Below, in pieces: positions 59,771 through 64,000 of a stretch of 64,000 nt of DNA (positions are counted from its first letter, which is position 1; each line of letters starts with the position of its first letter). The notes under the pieces were generated by a model. That model was not told the origin of the DNA and did not search any database. It saw only the letters and a program-made list of their open reading frames with translations. The translations under genes and the position numbers were made by a program. Location: the NCBI GenBank assembly GCA_964516435.1, contig CAZEZP010000051.1, forward strand, positions 6,467-70,466, given 5' to 3'. This DNA is from an uncultured Kofleriaceae bacterium (GTDB lineage Bacteria > Myxococcota_A > Polyangia > HGW-17).

Positions 59771-59798
59771 ACCATCCCGAGCCCCTCTCGATAAAATC

Positions 59799-59826
59799 GC
59801 ACCCGCCCTGAAAAAGCGCGGGCGCC
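59799..59826. terminator. Possible weak GC hairpin between convergent genes
   Basis: Approximate stem cccgc / gcggg flanking a ctgaaaaa loop. No clear U-tract. Low confidence. Confidence 0.25.
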
Positions 59827-59977
59827 GGGAAATTCGATCCATGTCCCGGCTTCGTCCGCTCTTCCTGCCCCGGATTTCCGGGACGCGCACCCACCGGAGT
59901 CTGAGCCGCGATGCAGGCTGTTCCCTGGCCGCACGCGAGGCCGCCCAGACCGCTACGGATGAAAAAAGCCGAAGGCG

Positions 59978-62900
59978 TCAGGAAGCGGCGCGCACGCCAG
60001 GGCCGGCGAGTTCGCTGACGCCACCCGCGCGCGGCTCCACCCGGATCTGGGCGGGGAGTCGCTCCCGCAATTCGGAAACATGGGAAATGATGCCGATGAT
60101 CTTGCCTTCCTGCCGCAGCCCGGCCAGCGCGGACAACGCGCATTCCAGTGCCTGCGGGTCCAGCGTGCCGAATCCTTCATCCAGGAAGAGGGAATCGATG
60201 CGCATGCTGCGGCTGGCCATGCGCGAGAGGCCCAGCGCCAGCGCCAGGCTCGCCAGGAACGTCTCCCCGCCCGAAAGGTTGCTGGTAGGGCGGATTTCGT
60301 TCCCCTGGTAGCGATCCATCACGCTCAATGCGAGGGTTCCCGGCGTGCGCAGGAGGAGATAGCGGTCGGTCAGCCGGGTCAACTGCTGGTTGGCATGCCC
60401 CACCAGCGCATCGAGGGTGAGTCCCTGCGCGAACACGCGGTACTTCTTGCCGTCGGCCGATCCGATGAGGTCGTGCAGGGCGGCCCATTCGGAAGCCTGC
60501 TTTTGCAGGCGTTCATATTCCTCCCGGCACTCCTGCAGTTCCTGCCGCACGCGATCGTCGGCCTCGAGAACCTGCCGGCAGGCGCCCACCTTCTGCTCCG
60601 CCTCGCTCTTCTCCTGCTGCAGGCGCAGTAACTGCGCTTCGATTTCTCCTTTCGGCTCCTGCGAAGCCCGGGAATGCAGATCCTGCCATTCTTCCAGCGC
60701 CTTCTTCTCCTGCCCTTCCAGTTCGCGGGCGCGCGTCTCAAGGAGCGTCCGCCGCTCGAGCAATCCGTCGCGGACGGTCTTTTCCAGCCGGGCGGAGAGG
60801 TAATCAGCCTCGGAAGAAAACCGCGCCTCCTGCAGCCGCTTGGCGAACGCGCGTTCGGCCGCTGCCAGATTCCCCTGCAGGCCCGCGCGCTCCCCAAGCA
60901 GCCGCTCCTGCTCCTTTTTCAACTCTTCCTGCTTCGCTTCCGCCTGCGCCAGCAGCACGCGGGATGCTTCCAGTTTCTCGGCCGCCTGCCGTTCCCGCGC
61001 TTCCAGTTCCCGCTCGCATTCGTCCGGATTCTTCTCCCCGAAGAGATTTCGCCGTTCGCCGAGGAGCCGTTCCAGCGTCTGCCGGCATTCCTCCACCTGC
61101 CGGACCGCCGCCGCCAGTTCCGTTTCCCGCTCCCTGACGATGGCCCGCGCTCCCTCGCACTCCTTCTGGATTTCCCCCATGAGCGCGTCCAGTTCCATAT
61201 TCCGGCGCCGGGCCGCCACATAGGCCGAGAGCCTCGCTTCGAGGCTGGCGATGTCCGAATCCTTTACCGCCTGCAGTCCCGGAATGAATTCCCGCAGTCC
61301 GTCCAGCAGCCGCGCTTCCAGGCGTTCCTTTTCCTCTCCGCGCCAGCGCAACTCTTCGGAAAAACCCTGAATCTCACCTTGCGCGCCGTCGATGCGCCGC
61401 TGCACGGCCGCAACATTCGCGGTCGCCTCGTCCAACTGCGACCGCACTTCATCGTTGCGTTTTCGCTCTTCTGCAATCCGGTCATCCACGCGGGAGAGCG
61501 CATCCAGTTGTCCGGAAAGCCGCACTTTCGCATCTTCCACATCCCGGAGTTTCGCTTCCAGGATTTCCCGGGAAACATCCTGTTCCGGCACGCCGAGCGC
61601 CGAAGCCGCCCGGAGAAACTCCGCCTTCCCCCGTTGAATGCCGTCCTGGGTCCGTTCCATTTCCGCTTCCAGATACCGCAGCCGCTCCTCGGCCCGGGTG
61701 CGCTCCGTCACGAGCCCCTGCCGCCGGTTTTCGAGTTCCCGGCACTTCTCCCGGCAGGCGGCCAGGCGTTCTTCCGCATCGGTTGCCGGTGCTCCGCCTC
61801 CGGCCCATGGATGGTGCGTCGAACCGCACAGGGGACAGGGCTCTCCGGCCGCGAGTTTCCGGCGCAGTTCCGAAAGGCTGTCCACATCCCGCTGCTGCGC
61901 GGCCTGTTTCTCCAGTTCCTCCAGTTCGGCCTGCAGCCGTTTCAGTTCCTCTTCCAGCCCCCCGGCCTCGGCGTCCAGTTCTTCCTTCCGCTTTCGGGCC
62001 TGCGGCCATCCTTCCCGTTTTTCCCGCAGCGCCGCATCCTCTCTTTCCAGCGCATCCAGCCGCTCGAGCAGATTCGCAAGGCCGCCCTGAAGCCGCTCCA
62101 GACGCGCCATTTCCTGATGGCCGGCCGGCGGCAGCCGTTTCACGAGCTCTTCCCGCTCGGCCTCGGCGGCCACCACTCCGGCCCTGCAGGCCTCCAGTTC
62201 CAGACGAAGTTTCGTTTCCCTTTCCTGCCCCCCCCGCATTTCTTCCTGCGCCTCATCCCGCCTGCGTTCGGCCGCATCCTTCGCCATGCCGAGTTCCCGG
62301 ATCCGCGCCTGCAGCCGCTGCCATTCCGCATGCTGGCCCTGCAGGACGGGCAACTGGTTTTCCAGCCGGGCATCCACCGCATACTCCTGCAGAAAGGCGC
62401 GGGATTCCATCGACTCCCGTTCGATTTCTGCCTTCTTTTCCTCGGCTTTTCGCAGTTTCGCCAGCGCGGCGTCCCTGTCCTGGCTCCGCTGTGCCTGCGC
62501 CTGTTCGCGTTCCTGCAGATTCACGCGCTCGCGCCCGATGTGCACGTCCAGTTCCCGCACCTTCTGCCAGCGGACGGATTCTTCCTGGCGCTGCGCGCAC
62601 ACCTCCCCATGAACGGCCTGGCACCGGGCCGCATTCTGCTGCGCCTGCGCCACGTCCTGCCCGGCCTGCACAATCCGTTCCCCGACTTCCGACAAACGCC
62701 TCTCCAACTCCGCACAGGCTGCGCGCAGATGCTGCAGGCTTTCGGCCTGGGCATCCAGTTCCAGCGCCCGCAGGGCGGCCTCCAGCCGCGCCAGTTCGGT
62801 GGCGAAAGCTGCCTGCTCCCGGCCGTTCGCTTCCTTCTGCTCCCGAATCCGCCGCAACTCCTCTTCCACGAGCGCCATCCGGTCCAGCAGCCGCAGGGCT

Positions 62901-63631
62901 TCCTCCAGGTGCCGGCATTGCCGGGACAGTTCCTCCACGCGGTCCCGGGCTTGCCGCCACTCGCATTCCCTCTCCTGGCGCTGCGCCTCGTCCAGGGGCC
63001 GCAATCCCGCCAGCCGGGCCTCGAACGATTCCAGTTCCCGCTGCCTTTGGCCGTTCAACTCGTGCACAGCCACCGAAATCCGGGAATACAGTTCCGTTCC
63101 GGTGATCTGCTCCAGGATGGCCGCCCGCTCATCTGGCGCCGCCTGCAAAAAAGCCGCGAAGCCGCCCTGCGCCAGCAGCATGGAGCGGGTGAAGCGCGTG
63201 AAATCCAGTCCCGTGATGTCCTCCACGCGCGCGGGAACGTCCCGCAATCCCTCGGCCTCGATGTTCCCCGCCGGCAGGCGGGCCAGTTCGTGCCGCGGCT
63301 GCTGCAGGGCCCCGGAAGCACGGTTCCGGGCCCGCTTCTGCGAAAAATGCGCGCGGAACAAGCCTTTTTCCGTAGAAAATTCAACTTCCGCCCAGCACTC
63401 CCCGGTGCGCCTGGACATCAGTTCGTTGGTGGATTTGGTGATTTTTCCCTGCCGCGGCGTGGCCCCGTAGAGCGCCAGGCAGATGGCGTCCAGCACGCTG
63501 CTCTTTCCCGCGCCAGTCGGTCCCGCGATGAGGAAGATCCCGTCACCGGCGTACGCGGGATGGGTGAAATCGATTTCCCACGTGCCGGCCAGCGAATTGA
63601 TGTTGGCGAAACGCAATCGCAGAATCCGCAT
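59978..63631 (-). CDS. sbcC: Exonuclease SbcC (SMC-like ATPase, Rad50 homologue)
   Basis: N-terminal Walker A (LIAGPTGAGKSSVLDAICLALYG), very long coiled coil with a central CPLCGS zinc-hook, C-terminal ABC signature and Walker B (LSGGETFLASLALALGLS...LFLDEGFGTLD). Confidence 0.9.
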   Translation of the reverse strand: MRILRLRFANINSLAGTWEIDFTHPAYAGDGIFLIAGPTGAGKSSVLDAICLALYGATPRQGKITKSTNELMSRRTGECWAEVEFSTEKGLFRAHFSQKRARNRASGALQQPRHELARLPAGNIEAEGLRDVPARVEDITGLDFTRFTRSMLLAQGGFAAFLQAAPDERAAILEQITGTELYSRISVAVHELNGQRQRELESFEARLAGLRPLDEAQRQERECEWRQARDRVEELSRQCRHLEEALRLLDRMALVEEELRRIREQKEANGREQAAFATELARLEAALRALELDAQAESLQHLRAACAELERRLSEVGERIVQAGQDVAQAQQNAARCQAVHGEVCAQRQEESVRWQKVRELDVHIGRERVNLQEREQAQAQRSQDRDAALAKLRKAEEKKAEIERESMESRAFLQEYAVDARLENQLPVLQGQHAEWQRLQARIRELGMAKDAAERRRDEAQEEMRGGQERETKLRLELEACRAGVVAAEAEREELVKRLPPAGHQEMARLERLQGGLANLLERLDALEREDAALREKREGWPQARKRKEELDAEAGGLEEELKRLQAELEELEKQAAQQRDVDSLSELRRKLAAGEPCPLCGSTHHPWAGGGAPATDAEERLAACREKCRELENRRQGLVTERTRAEERLRYLEAEMERTQDGIQRGKAEFLRAASALGVPEQDVSREILEAKLRDVEDAKVRLSGQLDALSRVDDRIAEERKRNDEVRSQLDEATANVAAVQRRIDGAQGEIQGFSEELRWRGEEKERLEARLLDGLREFIPGLQAVKDSDIASLEARLSAYVAARRRNMELDALMGEIQKECEGARAIVRERETELAAAVRQVEECRQTLERLLGERRNLFGEKNPDECERELEARERQAAEKLEASRVLLAQAEAKQEELKKEQERLLGERAGLQGNLAAAERAFAKRLQEARFSSEADYLSARLEKTVRDGLLERRTLLETRARELEGQEKKALEEWQDLHSRASQEPKGEIEAQLLRLQQEKSEAEQKVGACRQVLEADDRVRQELQECREEYERLQKQASEWAALHDLIGSADGKKYRVFAQGLTLDALVGHANQQLTRLTDRYLLLRTPGTLALSVMDRYQGNEIRPTSNLSGGETFLASLALALGLSRMASRSMRIDSLFLDEGFGTLDPQALECALSALAGLRQEGKIIGIISHVSELRERLPAQIRVEPRAGGVSELAGPGVRAAS

Positions 63632-63633
63632 CG

Positions 63634-64000
63634 TCAGCCCTCCTCCCGCCGGTCCGCAGTTTCACCTGCGGCCAGCCATGCCAGAACTTCCTCGTGCAGG
63701 CGGCGCAGGCTCCTTTTCGCCTCTTCCGAAAGCGCCGGCTCCACGGCGTCGAGGCGGCGCTCGAACACCTGCCGCTCGTCGAGTTCGTCCAGGGTCTCGT
63801 TTTCATGCATGCGCTCCAGCACCTGCAGCACCTGCCGTTCGGAACCGAACCGCAGCACCTCCACGGCTGGTGGCGATTCTTCGCGGCGGATGCCGTCCCG
63901 GATGCGCTCGCGCAAATCGGATGCGGCATCCGGTCCCGCATGGATCACCTCTACGAAAACGGGCTCTTCGGCATCCCGCAGTTCGTGCAGCCTCGCCTCG
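63634..64000 (-). CDS. sbcD: Exonuclease SbcD, C-terminal part (gene continues beyond window end)
   Basis: Open frame running off the window edge, ending 3 nt upstream of the sbcC start (typical sbcD-sbcC coupling). Only the C-terminal non-catalytic region is visible, so the call rests on context. Confidence 0.55.
   Translation of the reverse strand, partial: EARLHELRDAEEPVFVEVIHAGPDAASDLRERIRDGIRREESPPAVEVLRFGSERQVLQVLERMHENETLDELDERQVFERRLDAVEPALSEEAKRSLRRLHEEVLAWLAAGETADRREEG

Noticed and set aside
59978-64000. SbcC/SbcD as a phage-defence (Lamassu or Old-like) module
   Set aside because: Full-length SbcC with a central zinc hook, coupled to an upstream sbcD-like frame, in a housekeeping neighbourhood. 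Fits canonical SbcCD rather than a defence island.

Overview
High-GC (about 65-68%) bacterial chromosomal window that is densely coding on both strands, with about 47 protein genes and no rRNA, tRNA, CRISPR array or transposase. Gene content suggests a Myxococcota-like deltaproteobacterium (inference): many lipoproteins, Myxococcus-type cysteine-rich repeats, a PEGA domain, a Ser/Thr kinase and an FrzS/AglZ-like pseudo-receiver coiled-coil protein. Housekeeping core: mfd, an htpX-clpB heat-shock pair, an overlapping holB-ricT(yaaT)-HEAT-tatD-CaCA antiporter operon, prfB with no programmed frameshift, an FtsX/LolCE-type permease, pnp, plsB, trkA-trkH, and sbcC plus a partial sbcD at the 3' edge. 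Accessory content of interest: (1) a tightly packed 5-gene minus-strand operon (two MBL-fold hydrolases, an FmdB zinc-ribbon gene with an AT-rich 5' half, a CDP-alcohol phosphatidyltransferase and a COG2509 FAD-dependent dehydrogenase) that looks like an undescribed lipid head-group or phosphoester pathway; (2) a tandemly duplicated two-gene lipoprotein cassette (A1-B1 / A2-B2) whose second copy is markedly lower in GC, followed by a 600-bp non-coding gap; (3) a pseudo-receiver (phospho-Asp replaced by Cys) coiled-coil protein carrying a perfect 132-bp in-frame tandem duplication, co-oriented with two large lipoproteins and sharing a divergent promoter with a Rho_N/DUF4912-like - GH57 branching enzyme - L,D-transpeptidase unit; (4) an orphan AmmeMemoRadiSam-type radical SAM enzyme downstream of plsB; (5) a 41-bp x ~3.8 intergenic tandem repeat array and a perfect 20-bp palindrome in the pnp leader, where rpsO is absent. 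Many very long antisense or alternate-frame ORFs in the track are GC-rich artefacts and were rejected.
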